A stretch of 63,150 nt of DNA, taken from NCBI GenBank assembly GCA_938073745.1, contig CALJFR010000001.1, positions 1 to 63,150 on the forward strand, read 5' to 3'. Numbering within the stretch: the stretch's first letter is position 1; every line of letters starts with the position of its first letter. Origin of the DNA: an uncultured Flavobacteriales bacterium (GTDB taxonomy: Bacteria > Bacteroidota > Bacteroidia > Flavobacteriales > BACL11). This document shows positions 19,335 to 28,614 of the stretch, piece by piece. A program made the position numbers and the translations under genes. The notes below the pieces were generated by a model, which was not told the origin of the DNA, did no database searches, and saw nothing but the letters and a program-made list of their open reading frames with translations.

Positions 19335-19424
19335 ATGTCAGGAGCTAAGAAAAAGAAAAGATTAAAAATTGCTACACACAAGCGAAAAAAGCGCTCAAGA
19401 AAAAATAGACACAAAAACAAATAG
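19335..19424 (+). CDS. unannotated 29-aa ultra-basic peptide, possible bS22-type small ribosomal protein
   Basis: ATG at 19335, TAG at 19422-19424. Translation is MSGAKKKKRLKIATHKRKKRSRKNRHKNK (18 of 29 residues K/R, plus 2 H). Lies in a 150-nt gap between HU and RNase G on the same strand with an A-rich upstream context. Too short for the ORF track. Confidence 0.45.
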   Translation: MSGAKKKKRLKIATHKRKKRSRKNRHKNK

Positions 19425-19464
19425 TTTGTTTCGTTAATCTATTTTTTAATCAGAAAAAAAAACC

Positions 19465-20997
19465 ATGAAATTCGACCTTATAATCGATTCAAGGTCTTCT
19501 GAAGTAGTAATTGCATTGTTATGTGATGGACAGTTAATTGAATTACATAAACAAAAACACGATAATAACTTCTCAGTAGGCGATATATACTTAGGGAAAA
19601 TTAAAAAAGTTGTCCCTGGACTTAATGCAGCTTTCGTTAATGTTGGATACGAACGTGATGGATTCCTTCACTATTTAGATTTAGGAAGTCAAGTAAATTC
19701 TCTTAAAAAATTTACTGAAAAAGCAATTCAAAATAAACTCAATACTGCCTCTTTAAAAAACTTTAAAAACGAAAAAAATATTGAGAAAGATGGAAAGATT
19801 GTTGAAACTATTAAGTCAGGTGATCATCTTTTACTTCAAATTGCGAAGGAACCTATTTCTACTAAAGGCCCAAGACTAACTGCAGAACTGTCACTAGCTG
19901 GAAGATATATGGTGCTAACACCATTTTCTGACAAAGTATCTGTTTCGCAAAAAATAGCTAAATCTGAAGAAAAAGCACGTCTTAAAAAACTTATAAGAAG
20001 TATAAAACCACCTGGTTTTGGTGTTATTATAAGAACAGTAGCTACTGGAAAAAAAGTGGCTGAATTAGATCAAGACCTTAAGAATCTATATAAAAAATGG
20101 CAAGCAATAAGTAAAAAGTTAAATGGAACAAAAGCTCCTGCCAAGATATTAGGTGAACTAAACAGGTCGTCAACAATTCTTAGAGATTTGCTTGATGCAA
20201 AATTTAACAATATTATTGTCAATAATAAAGATATTGCTCAAGAATTAAAAGACTATCTTTTAAGAATATCTCCAGAACAAGAAAAAATCGTAAAAATTCA
20301 TAAAAGTGAAACTCCTATTTTTCAAAAATATAATATTACAAAGCAGATAAAAGGAGCCTTTGGAAAAAACGTTACAATTAAAAACGGAACATATCTAGTT
20401 ATTGAACATACTGAAGCATTACATGTTATTGATGTAAATAGTGGAAAAAAAGTTGATGCTAAAAAAAATCAAGAAGAAAATGCCTTAGAAGTAAATATTG
20501 AAGCGGCTAAGGAAATTGCTCGTCAATTAAGATTAAGAGATATGGGAGGTATTATTGTTGTTGATTTTATTGATCAAAAACTGGAGAAAAATAGAAAACT
20601 TCTTTTCGAAAGCCTGAAAAAAGCGATGAGTACTGACAAGGCCAAACATAATATCTTACCTCCAACAAAATTTGGATTAATACAAATAACCAGACAAAGA
20701 GTCAGACCTGCCCTTACAATTGATACTTTAGAAAAATGTCCAATGTGTGATGGTGGAGGAAAAATAGACTCTAGCTTATTGCTAATTGATCAAATTGAAA
20801 ATAAAATTGCTAATTTAACTGTTATTAAATCCAATAAAATTCAAATTGCTACCCATCCTTTTGTAGCCAGTTATATTAACAAAGGGTGGTTCTTTTCTTC
20901 AATTAGACATAAATGGGAAAACAAGTTTAAGAAATCCATTAAAGTTGTAGGTGATGATAGGCTACACCTGCTACAATATAGTATTGTAAAAAAATAG
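19465..20997 (+). CDS. rng: Rne/Rng-family ribonuclease (RNase G-like)
   Basis: 510 aa. S1 domain (VGDIYLGKIKKVVPGLNAAFVNVGYERDGFLH) and catalytic core (EHTEALHVIDVNSG, GGIIVVDFID). Zn-link-like CPMCDGGG. Confidence 0.9.
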   Translation: MKFDLIIDSRSSEVVIALLCDGQLIELHKQKHDNNFSVGDIYLGKIKKVVPGLNAAFVNVGYERDGFLHYLDLGSQVNSLKKFTEKAIQNKLNTASLKNFKNEKNIEKDGKIVETIKSGDHLLLQIAKEPISTKGPRLTAELSLAGRYMVLTPFSDKVSVSQKIAKSEEKARLKKLIRSIKPPGFGVIIRTVATGKKVAELDQDLKNLYKKWQAISKKLNGTKAPAKILGELNRSSTILRDLLDAKFNNIIVNNKDIAQELKDYLLRISPEQEKIVKIHKSETPIFQKYNITKQIKGAFGKNVTIKNGTYLVIEHTEALHVIDVNSGKKVDAKKNQEENALEVNIEAAKEIARQLRLRDMGGIIVVDFIDQKLEKNRKLLFESLKKAMSTDKAKHNILPPTKFGLIQITRQRVRPALTIDTLEKCPMCDGGGKIDSSLLLIDQIENKIANLTVIKSNKIQIATHPFVASYINKGWFFSSIRHKWENKFKKSIKVVGDDRLHLLQYSIVKK

Positions 20998-22257
20998 CTA
21001 TTTTTTTCTAAAATATAGTGCAATTAATATACTGATAGAAGCTATCATCATAGCAACACCAATTAAATAACCCCATCTTATATTATCACCAAAATCAAAA
21101 AAAGGTAATGACAACAAAGAGATTAGGGAAATTCTTACAATAATATTTAATGAGCTAAATACAGAAGTTGCTCTTCCAATTAAATTATTTGGAATATGAT
21201 TAAATAAATAAGTTGTTCTTAAAATTCTTATACCAGCATTTGTTATTCCTAATACTAAACTACCAACAAAAAATACAATTAAAGATTTATAAAAGGTCAT
21301 TGCAAAAAAAGCAATTGAAACAATCAACATCAATAAGATAACGGAAATATATGTGTCAAAATTTTTTAACAATCTTAAAATAAGCACTCCTGAAAAAATT
21401 GCTCCGATAGAATAATAAATTTCTGCCGAAGCATATACGTTTCCAGAAGCCAAAAGAAAGTCATGTACATAAGATGGTAATATTACATGCAACTCTACTA
21501 AAGTAAATGCAAATAACATGTATGATGTAATTCCAAAAATAAAAATTTCAGGATTTTTCTTGAGATAATTAAAACCTATTTTCAATCTATCAAAAAGACT
21601 ACCAGTATGAATTTTTTCATTTACAATAGGGGTATATTTTATTAGTGAAAAGATTACAATAACAGCTAGATATGTTAAAGCATCCATTAAGAAAATATCA
21701 TAAATTTCCCAAGGCTTTACATCAAAAGGAAGTGAAAAGTTAAATCCAGCAATTTCTAAATTTTTATTTTTTGTTCCTGTTAGTAAAATCGCTGCAAAAG
21801 CACCAGCAAGCACACTAGTTGTTTGGCCTTGAACTTCTATATAAGAGTTTAATTTACCATACTTACTCTTTTCAGTTATTTCTTGACCAAAAGCATATAA
21901 ATTAGGATAATGAATATTATAATTAAATATGGTAATAGCAAATACAGAAACAACTAAATATTCTGACAAATAGCCATTGACTGAACCAAAAAAAGCAACA
22001 CTACCGATAAATAGGCCACATATAATATTTGTTAAAATAAAAATTTTTTTTCGAGAATACCGATCAATCAAAGAACCGGCATAAATCCCCCAAAACAATG
22101 TGGAAGTGGTAATTATAATATAAGAAAGCGCAAAGAATTGTGGTTTATCTATAATCTCAATGAAATACCATGGGATTGCAATCATACTAATCCCCTGTGC
22201 TAGTCCAGAAATAATATTTGACAAGAAGAGAAGAGTTATCGCCTGCTTATTTTTCAT
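20998..22257 (-). CDS. MFS transporter
   Basis: 419 aa with about 12 hydrophobic helices. Contains the MFS loop motif DRYSRKK. Confidence 0.8.
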   Translation of the reverse strand: MKNKQAITLLFLSNIISGLAQGISMIAIPWYFIEIIDKPQFFALSYIIITTSTLFWGIYAGSLIDRYSRKKIFILTNIICGLFIGSVAFFGSVNGYLSEYLVVSVFAITIFNYNIHYPNLYAFGQEITEKSKYGKLNSYIEVQGQTTSVLAGAFAAILLTGTKNKNLEIAGFNFSLPFDVKPWEIYDIFLMDALTYLAVIVIFSLIKYTPIVNEKIHTGSLFDRLKIGFNYLKKNPEIFIFGITSYMLFAFTLVELHVILPSYVHDFLLASGNVYASAEIYYSIGAIFSGVLILRLLKNFDTYISVILLMLIVSIAFFAMTFYKSLIVFFVGSLVLGITNAGIRILRTTYLFNHIPNNLIGRATSVFSSLNIIVRISLISLLSLPFFDFGDNIRWGYLIGVAMMIASISILIALYFRKK

Positions 22258-22262
22258 TCGTG

Positions 22263-22270
22263 CAAATTTA
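22263..22270 (-). promoter_or_regulatory. candidate -7 promoter box (TAAATTTG on minus strand)
   Basis: Plus strand reads CAAATTTA. The G of the box is only 5 nt from the A of the MFS ATG (22257), implying a near-leaderless transcript. Confidence 0.35.
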
Positions 22271-22290
22271 AGATTATTAAGTAGAATACG

Positions 22291-22298
22291 TACATTTG
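22291..22298 (+). promoter_or_regulatory. candidate -7 promoter box TACATTTG
   Basis: Exact TAnnTTTG that overlaps the TTG used as the recX ORF start in the track. This argues for a downstream start at TTG 22323. Confidence 0.35.
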
Positions 22299-22784
22299 AT
22301 TTTTGTCAAAAAAAACAAAATATTGAATTTAAAAATCACTATTAGTAAGTTAGAAAAATATTGTTCTTACTCAGAAAAATGCAAGTCTGATATAATTAAA
22401 AAATTACATCAATGGAAAATATTTCATGACCATGATGAGATAATCAATCATTTAATAGACCATAATTATATTAATGAAGAAAGATATGCGTTATTATATT
22501 GTATGGGAAAATTTAATACTAGAAAATGGGGGAAAGTAAAGATTTCTAACTATCTTTTACAAAAGGGCATAAAGCACGAATATATTAAAAATGCTATTGC
22601 GCAAATTTCTGATGAAAAATATAACAAGTCCTTAACTGAATTAATAAATCATAAATCAAGTCAGATTAGTGACAGTAATATTTTTAATAAAAACTCTAAA
22701 ATTGCTAAATATCTTTACCAAAAAGGGTATGAGTCAGATTTAATATGGAACAAAATCAAAATTATTTCTAAAGATTATGATTAA
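22296..22784 (+). CDS. recX: recombination regulator RecX
   Basis: Repeated three-helix units (KLEKYCSYSEKCKSDIIKKL..., ..NEERYALLY.., ..GYESDLI). The start is uncertain: the track uses TTG 22296, and I favour in-frame TTG 22323. The stop overlaps the prfB start (ATGATTAA). Confidence 0.7.
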   Translation: MIFVKKNKILNLKITISKLEKYCSYSEKCKSDIIKKLHQWKIFHDHDEIINHLIDHNYINEERYALLYCMGKFNTRKWGKVKISNYLLQKGIKHEYIKNAIAQISDEKYNKSLTELINHKSSQISDSNIFNKNSKIAKYLYQKGYESDLIWNKIKIISKDYD

Positions 22785-23847
22785 CCAGGAAGTATTAACA
22801 AACATTTTAGAAAGAAGGGATCAGCTAGCTAAATTTTTAGATATTAAAACTAAAAAAGAAAAGCTAGATTTATTAGATTCAAAAATGATGCAAAATAATT
22901 TTTGGGACAATCCAAAAGAGGCAGAAATAATATTAAAAAACAAAAAAGAAGTAGAGCAATGGATAAATCTTTATTCTAAAATCGAAAATAGTATTGAAGA
23001 ATTAAATATTTTGATAGAATTACAAGCTGATGAGAAGGAAGTTTCAAATCAATATCAGAATACTATAAAATTTCTTGAGAAATTAGAATTTAAAAAAATG
23101 TTAAATTCTAAAGAAGATAAATTAAATGGGATAATGACTATTAATCCTGGGGCTGGTGGAACAGAAGGTCAAGATTGGGCTGAAATGTTAATGAGGATGT
23201 ACTTAATGTGGGGTGAAAAAAATGGATACAAAGTCAAGCAGCTAGATTTACAGAATGCTGAACCTGTGGGTATAAAATCTGTTACATTAGAGTTTGATGG
23301 AGATTATGCATTTGGAAATTTAAAAAGTGAGAATGGAGTACATAGATTAGTTAGGATATCTCCATTTGATTCAAATGCTAAGAGACACACTACATTTGCT
23401 TCTGTATTTGTATACCCTTTAGTAGATGAAAGCATTGATATACAAATTAATCCATCAGAGATCAGCTGGGATACTTTTCGTGCTGGAGGAGCTGGGGGCC
23501 AAGGAGTAAATAAAGTAGAAACAGCAGTCAGATTAAAACACTTACCATCTGGTATAATTATTGAAAATTCTGAAACAAGATCTCAACTAGAAAATAAAGA
23601 AAAGGCAATTAAATTGTTAAAGTCTCAACTTTATAAAATTGAAATTGAAAAACAACAAAAAGAAAAAGAAAAAATTGAAGGAGAAAAGAAAAAAATTGAA
23701 TGGGGATCTCAAATTAGAAACTATGTGCTTCACCCTTACAAACTAGTAAAGGACTTAAGGACAAACTATGAGTCTACTAATCCAAAAAATATTTTAGATG
23801 GAGACATTAACGAATTTATTAAGGCTTACTTGATAGAATTTGGATAA
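22777..23847 (+). CDS. prfB: peptide chain release factor 2, single uninterrupted frame
   Basis: 356 aa. SPF tripeptide (RISPFDSNAKRHT) and GGQ motif (AGGAGGQGVNKVETAVRL). The region equivalent to the usual frameshift site reads AAA TTT TTA GAT (KFLD, 22831-22842) with no in-frame TGA. Confidence 0.95.
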   Translation: MINQEVLTNILERRDQLAKFLDIKTKKEKLDLLDSKMMQNNFWDNPKEAEIILKNKKEVEQWINLYSKIENSIEELNILIELQADEKEVSNQYQNTIKFLEKLEFKKMLNSKEDKLNGIMTINPGAGGTEGQDWAEMLMRMYLMWGEKNGYKVKQLDLQNAEPVGIKSVTLEFDGDYAFGNLKSENGVHRLVRISPFDSNAKRHTTFASVFVYPLVDESIDIQINPSEISWDTFRAGGAGGQGVNKVETAVRLKHLPSGIIIENSETRSQLENKEKAIKLLKSQLYKIEIEKQQKEKEKIEGEKKKIEWGSQIRNYVLHPYKLVKDLRTNYESTNPKNILDGDINEFIKAYLIEFG

Positions 23848-23872
23848 AAAAAATAATAGTAAATTTGTTAGG

Positions 23873-24016
23873 CTAGTCGGGAATCTGACTTTGTTCAAGT
23901 CGGCCTTCTCTAAGCCAAACATAGATAAAATAAGGGATTACACTAGCCAGAAAAAAGAGACACCAAAATGCCATTAAAAAGACGAAAAGAAAAGCTAAAA
24001 AACCTATAAATTTCAT
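23873..24016 (-). CDS. possible 47-aa hydrophobic peptide
   Basis: ATG at 24016, TAG at 23873-23875. Translation is MKFIGFLAFLFVFLMAFWCLFFLASVIPYFIYVWLREGRLEQSQIPD. It is the only ORF in the 225-nt prfB-fumC gap. May be chance in AT-rich DNA. Confidence 0.2.
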   Translation of the reverse strand: MKFIGFLAFLFVFLMAFWCLFFLASVIPYFIYVWLREGRLEQSQIPD

Positions 24017-24072
24017 AATTATTATTTAAAACAAAGAAACAACAACTTATTAAACAAACAAAATATTTTAAG

Positions 24073-25458
24073 ATGAAATATAGAATAGAAAAAGACACCA
24101 TGGGTGAGGTTAAGGTTCCTGCGGACAAATTTTGGGGAGCTCAAACTGAAAGAAGTAGAAATAACTTTAAAATAGGTCCTGAATCTAGTATGCCATTAGA
24201 AATTATTTATGGGTTTGCGATATTAAAAAAGGCTGCAGCTCATGCAAACTATGAACTTGGTGTTTTATCAAATGAAATAAAAGAAGCAATTTCAAAGGTT
24301 TGTGACGAAATATTAGATCAAAAGCATAATGAGCAATTTCCTTTAGTAATTTGGCAGACTGGTAGTGGAACACAAACAAATATGAATGTAAATGAGGTAA
24401 TTGCTAATATAGCTCACATTAATGAAGGGGGGGAGATTGATGACATAAAAAAAATAGTCCACCCCAATGATGATGTAAATAAATCTCAAAGTTCTAATGA
24501 TACATTTCCTACTGCAATACATATTGCAGCCATGAACGTAATTCTAAATAAAACTATCCCTTCTCTAGAAAGTTTAAAATCTGTATTTGAAAAAAAATCT
24601 AAAGCTTTTGATGAAATAGTTAAAATTGGAAGAACTCATTTAATGGATGCTACTCCACTAACATTAGGTCAAGAATTTTCAGCATTTGTTGCTCAATTAG
24701 ATTTTGGAATAAAAGCTTTAAAAAATACTTTACCTCACTTATCTGAATTAGCTATTGGTGGAACTGCTGTTGGTACTGGATTAAACACACCTAAAGGGTA
24801 TTCTAATTTGGTAGCAAAAAAAATATCTAAATTTTCTGACATTAATTTCTTAAGTGCTAATAATAAATTTGAAGCACTATCAGCTAATGATGCCATAGTT
24901 GAATCACATGGCGCTTTAAAACAAATTGCAGTTTCTTTAAATAAAATTGCTAATGATATTCGTATATTATCTTCGGGACCGAGATGTGGGATTGGTGAAG
25001 TATTAATACCTTCAAATGAGCCAGGATCATCAATAATGCCTGGCAAAGTAAATCCAACTCAAGTAGAGGCTTTAACAATGGTATGTGCGCAAGTAATTGG
25101 AAATGACACTACAATTTCAATTGCAGGTATGCAAGGTCATTTACAGCTTAATGTTTTTAAGCCTGTAATCGCAGCAAATTTTTTACAGTCAGCAAAACTA
25201 TTGGCTGATGCTTCTAAGTCATTTGAAAAAAATTGTGTGGTAGAAATACAGCCAAATTTTAACAATATAAAAAATAATCTCAAAAACTCATTGATGCTAG
25301 TTACTGCACTTAACACTAAAATTGGATATGACAAGGCATCTGAAATTGCAAAAAATGCTTACAACAATGGAACAACTTTAAAAGAGGAAGCTTTAAAACT
25401 TAAATATCTTTCTGAAGAAGAATTTGATAAATGGGTAAACCCATTTTTAATGTGCTAA
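24073..25458 (+). CDS. fumC: class II fumarate hydratase
   Basis: 461 aa. [13 protein letters not shown] signature. Typical N-terminus [28 protein letters not shown]. Confidence 0.95.
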   Translation: MKYRIEKDTMGEVKVPADKFWGAQTERSRNNFKIGPESSMPLEIIYGFAILKKAAAHANYELGVLSNEIKEAISKVCDEILDQKHNEQFPLVIWQTGSGTQTNMNVNEVIANIAHINEGGEIDDIKKIVHPNDDVNKSQSSNDTFPTAIHIAAMNVILNKTIPSLESLKSVFEKKSKAFDEIVKIGRTHLMDATPLTLGQEFSAFVAQLDFGIKALKNTLPHLSELAIGGTAVGTGLNTPKGYSNLVAKKISKFSDINFLSANNKFEALSANDAIVESHGALKQIAVSLNKIANDIRILSSGPRCGIGEVLIPSNEPGSSIMPGKVNPTQVEALTMVCAQVIGNDTTISIAGMQGHLQLNVFKPVIAANFLQSAKLLADASKSFEKNCVVEIQPNFNNIKNNLKNSLMLVTALNTKIGYDKASEIAKNAYNNGTTLKEEALKLKYLSEEEFDKWVNPFLMC

Positions 25459-25465
25459 AAATAAA

Positions 25466-26542
25466 TTATTGATTACTTTTTAACTTAGATGTAAATTTCT
25501 TTATCTCTTGTTCATCGGCTTTATTGCAGATTAATAAAGAATTATCACTTTCAACAACAATGTAGCCTGTCAATCCATTGATAATACATTCTCTACCACT
25601 TTCAAGAATAACAATATTATCTTTTGAATTATGCAATTGAATATCCCCTCCTCTTATTGTATTATTTTCTTCATCTTTGGGCAAATGAGTATCTATTGAC
25701 CCCCAAGTACCTAAATCACTCCAACCAAAACTAGATGGGTATACGTACACAATATCAGATTTTTCTAAAATCCCATAATCGATAGAAATATTTTTACATG
25801 AAGAAAAAATTCTATTAATAAAATCTTTTTCATTAACAGTACCATAAATTTCCTCTCCGCTTTTGAAAATATCATACATATCTCTTAAATTTTTTCTATA
25901 AGAATCAATAATAACTCTAGAGGTAAATAGAAATATACCTGCATTCCATAAAAAATCTCCGCTGTCCAAAAATTGTAAAGCTAAATCTCTGTTAGGTTTC
26001 TCAGTAAAAGTTTTTACTTTTTTTATATTTATATTTGAATTAATAAGGGTTGTATCTTCATATTGAATATAACCATATCCTGTATCAGGTCGAGATGGTT
26101 GTATTCCTAAAGTTACTATTGTATCATCTTTAGAAATAGCATCAAATATTTCATTTACAACACGTACATATTCAGAATCATTTGTAATTAGGTGATCTGA
26201 TGGAGCAACAACCATACTTGCTTCTGGATTAATTGAATGAATTTTAAATGCCGCATAAGCAATACATGGCGCTGTATTTCGCATTACAGGCTCACAAAGT
26301 ATTTGATCATCTGAAATTCCATTTATTTGATCTTTGCATAAGTTAAAATACTCGTTATTAGTAACAATAAAAATATTTTCCTTTGGACATATTATGGAAA
26401 GCCTTCTAAATGTTTGCTGTATAAGAGTTTCTCCAACACCTAAGATATCTAAAAATTGTTTTGGCATCTCTTTTTTACTAAGAGGCCAAAATCTAGAGCC
26501 GATACCTCCGGCCATTATTACTGCATATTTGTTTTTATTCAA
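25466..26542 (-). CDS. mannose-1-phosphate guanylyltransferase
   Basis: 358 aa. VIMAGGIGSRFWPLSK nucleotidyltransferase motif. Lacks the isomerase/cupin extension. Confidence 0.85.
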   Translation of the reverse strand: MNKNKYAVIMAGGIGSRFWPLSKKEMPKQFLDILGVGETLIQQTFRRLSIICPKENIFIVTNNEYFNLCKDQINGISDDQILCEPVMRNTAPCIAYAAFKIHSINPEASMVVAPSDHLITNDSEYVRVVNEIFDAISKDDTIVTLGIQPSRPDTGYGYIQYEDTTLINSNINIKKVKTFTEKPNRDLALQFLDSGDFLWNAGIFLFTSRVIIDSYRKNLRDMYDIFKSGEEIYGTVNEKDFINRIFSSCKNISIDYGILEKSDIVYVYPSSFGWSDLGTWGSIDTHLPKDEENNTIRGGDIQLHNSKDNIVILESGRECIINGLTGYIVVESDNSLLICNKADEQEIKKFTSKLKSNQ

Positions 26543-26566
26543 AATACTTTTTTTTGCAAATTTAAA

Positions 26567-27157
26567 CTATATTTTCAAATCAATTTTTTTAATCTGTGTA
26601 ATTGGATTAAAAAGGTAAATTCTATTATTGTCTAAATTGAGACATTTTATCCTTTTTCTCATTTTTTGATATTTTATATACTTTTTTCCTGAATACATAA
26701 ATTGATCTCCATCATTAATCTCTGAAATAGTTAAAAAAATTTCACTATCATATTTTCTTAAAATTAATGATAAAAACTCATCATTAGCTGTGCTTGCTAG
26801 TGGATTAATTAAGTATCTAGAAAGTGCAGATAAAATTTCATCCGGAAAAATATTATAATTAAAAAAATTCAGCATTAATTTTTTAAAATTTTCTTTCCAT
26901 TCTATTGAATGAGGTTTTATGGTTTTTCCAAATTTATCAATAGTAAAAGCATGTGCGATTTCATGAGTTAATGTAATTAATGTAGCATATTTATTTAAAT
27001 TATTGTTAACTGTAATAAAATGCTGATTATTTCTAAATCGATAATCTCCTAATTTAGTTTTTCTAGAATTAACAAATTGAACATCAATATTTAATTCATT
27101 AATCCATTTTGAAATATAGGGGTATGCACGGTGAGGAATATAATTTTTAAAATCCAA
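26567..27157 (-). CDS. SprT-like zinc-metallopeptidase-domain protein
   Basis: 196 aa. HEIAHAF (HExxH) preceded by LITLTHE. Size and layout resemble SprT-like domain proteins. Not the gliding/T9SS SprT. Confidence 0.55.
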   Translation of the reverse strand: MDFKNYIPHRAYPYISKWINELNIDVQFVNSRKTKLGDYRFRNNQHFITVNNNLNKYATLITLTHEIAHAFTIDKFGKTIKPHSIEWKENFKKLMLNFFNYNIFPDEILSALSRYLINPLASTANDEFLSLILRKYDSEIFLTISEINDGDQFMYSGKKYIKYQKMRKRIKCLNLDNNRIYLFNPITQIKKIDLKI

Positions 27158-27179
27158 TGTATGTAAAACTTAATAATTA

Positions 27180-28286
27180 TTAGAATCCTATTACTAATGC
27201 TAAGTAAGCTACAACTAAAGCAATTACTAATCCAAGTAAAGATACAATAAACCCATCTTTTCTATTCTCTGCAAGTAAAGGGAAAATTCCATCCCCACTA
27301 GTAGAAATAGCAGCTGCAATTAATGCTGCCATAGGAAAATTAGGAATGGTAATAAATGCTACTGCAACAGCAATTACTCCCCCACAACCCGGTGTTACAC
27401 CTATTAAAGCTGCTATTAATATAACAAGATGAACAGAGGATGTCATCCATGCATCAAATGTATCAGCACCAACAAGAACATCAATAACGTAGTTAGCAAC
27501 AAATAATCCAATAAAAACATACGTTACGACCATAGCTACATCTAAAATTGCGTGTAACATTGTTGATTTAACATTACTATAAGAGAAATAGCAGTCATGA
27601 TCTTTAAAAGTAAATTTATTTATGTAGTAAAAAATTATACACGTAATAGTCAGCGATATGGAAAGCCAATATGTTAGACTTGAAATAGCTTCAATCTCTC
27701 CTCCCCATAAAGCCATAATTGAACCAGGAGCTAAAAATATAGCCATTACTAAAATAACGTAAAAACCAAGTTTTTGAACAAATATACTTACTGAGGTATT
27801 TTTTGTTTTGCTAAGATTTAAATCCTCATTATTTTTTTGCTGAATATTTTCAGATTTAGCTCTAAAACCAATAATATCAAAAAAATATCCAAAAACAACT
27901 CCTGTAACTATTCCAAAGATGGTAATTATTATGTATGCTTTTAGATTGCCGGCTACAGAAGCCTCATTAGAAGCTCCTAACAACACAAAAGAGCCTTCTC
28001 CTAAGGTACTAATAAAAGTGGCTAATAAACCGCCGAATGATATGTTTTTATTTTTATATATTGAGGCAACTAAAATTGTTGCACCACAGCCAGGAATTGC
28101 TCCCAAAAAAGATCCAATAATAGGATGAGTCCATTTAGGCCCAATCTGAACAGATACATTATTGTTTCTTTTTTTAATTGCAAAACTAATTAAGGCAAAA
28201 CCAATAATTGACAAAGACACATAACCACCTATTGCACCTGCAGCTTCAAGATTATCTAAAAAAAATGAACTAAAATTAAATTCCAT
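27180..28286 (-). CDS. polytopic membrane protein, tentatively a 10-TM putative metal-ion transporter (ArsP_2-like)
   Basis: 368 aa, very hydrophobic. Internal two-fold repeat, each half carrying a PGCG motif (GAIPGCGATILVASIY and GVTPGCGGVIAVAVAF). The family name is recalled, not verified. Confidence 0.4.
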   Translation of the reverse strand: MEFNFSSFFLDNLEAAGAIGGYVSLSIIGFALISFAIKKRNNNVSVQIGPKWTHPIIGSFLGAIPGCGATILVASIYKNKNISFGGLLATFISTLGEGSFVLLGASNEASVAGNLKAYIIITIFGIVTGVVFGYFFDIIGFRAKSENIQQKNNEDLNLSKTKNTSVSIFVQKLGFYVILVMAIFLAPGSIMALWGGEIEAISSLTYWLSISLTITCIIFYYINKFTFKDHDCYFSYSNVKSTMLHAILDVAMVVTYVFIGLFVANYVIDVLVGADTFDAWMTSSVHLVILIAALIGVTPGCGGVIAVAVAFITIPNFPMAALIAAAISTSGDGIFPLLAENRKDGFIVSLLGLVIALVVAYLALVIGF

Positions 28287-28405
28287 ATTTATACTTTAAT
28301 TACAATTTGAGTCAAAACATCAGCATCACACAATTTATTAGAAAAGAATTTATTAGAAAATACTATCTTGTGAGCATTGTTTTGTTCTGATAAATTTTGC
28401 ATCTG

Positions 28406-28413
28406 CAAATATA
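28406..28413 (-). promoter_or_regulatory. candidate -7 promoter box (TATATTTG on minus strand)
   Basis: Plus strand reads CAAATATA, about 120 nt upstream of the transporter ATG (28286). It is embedded in the TTTGCAGATGCAAA inverted repeat. Confidence 0.3.
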
Positions 28414-28446
28414 TTTATTTAGATTAAATCTAAAGTAAATTAATAC

Positions 28447-28572
28447 CTAATTTTTTGAGTTTTGAGCAGTAAATTCAGGACAATCACAATTGCTCTTTTT
28501 GATAATATTACATGAAGAGCATATAAAAAATATCAAAATTAGAAGAATAATATAATATCTTTGTATTTTCAT
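28447..28572 (-). CDS. possible 41-aa Cys-rich lipoprotein-like peptide
   Basis: Translation is MKIQRYYIILLILIFFICSSCNIIKKSNCDCPEFTAQNSKN. Hydrophobic leader followed by four Cys within 14 residues. Lies upstream of, and co-oriented with, the putative metal transporter. Confidence 0.25.
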   Translation of the reverse strand: MKIQRYYIILLILIFFICSSCNIIKKSNCDCPEFTAQNSKN

Positions 28573-28614
28573 AAGAGATTACAAATTTAAATAAAATACT
28601 TACTTTTAAAACTA

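Noticed and set aside
20985-21012. Perfect palindrome AAAAAATAGCTATTTTTT where RNase G and the MFS gene meet.
   Set aside because: It is simply the two convergent stop codons (TAG/CTA) flanked by A/T runs. There is no G+C stem, so I do not call it a terminator or binding site.
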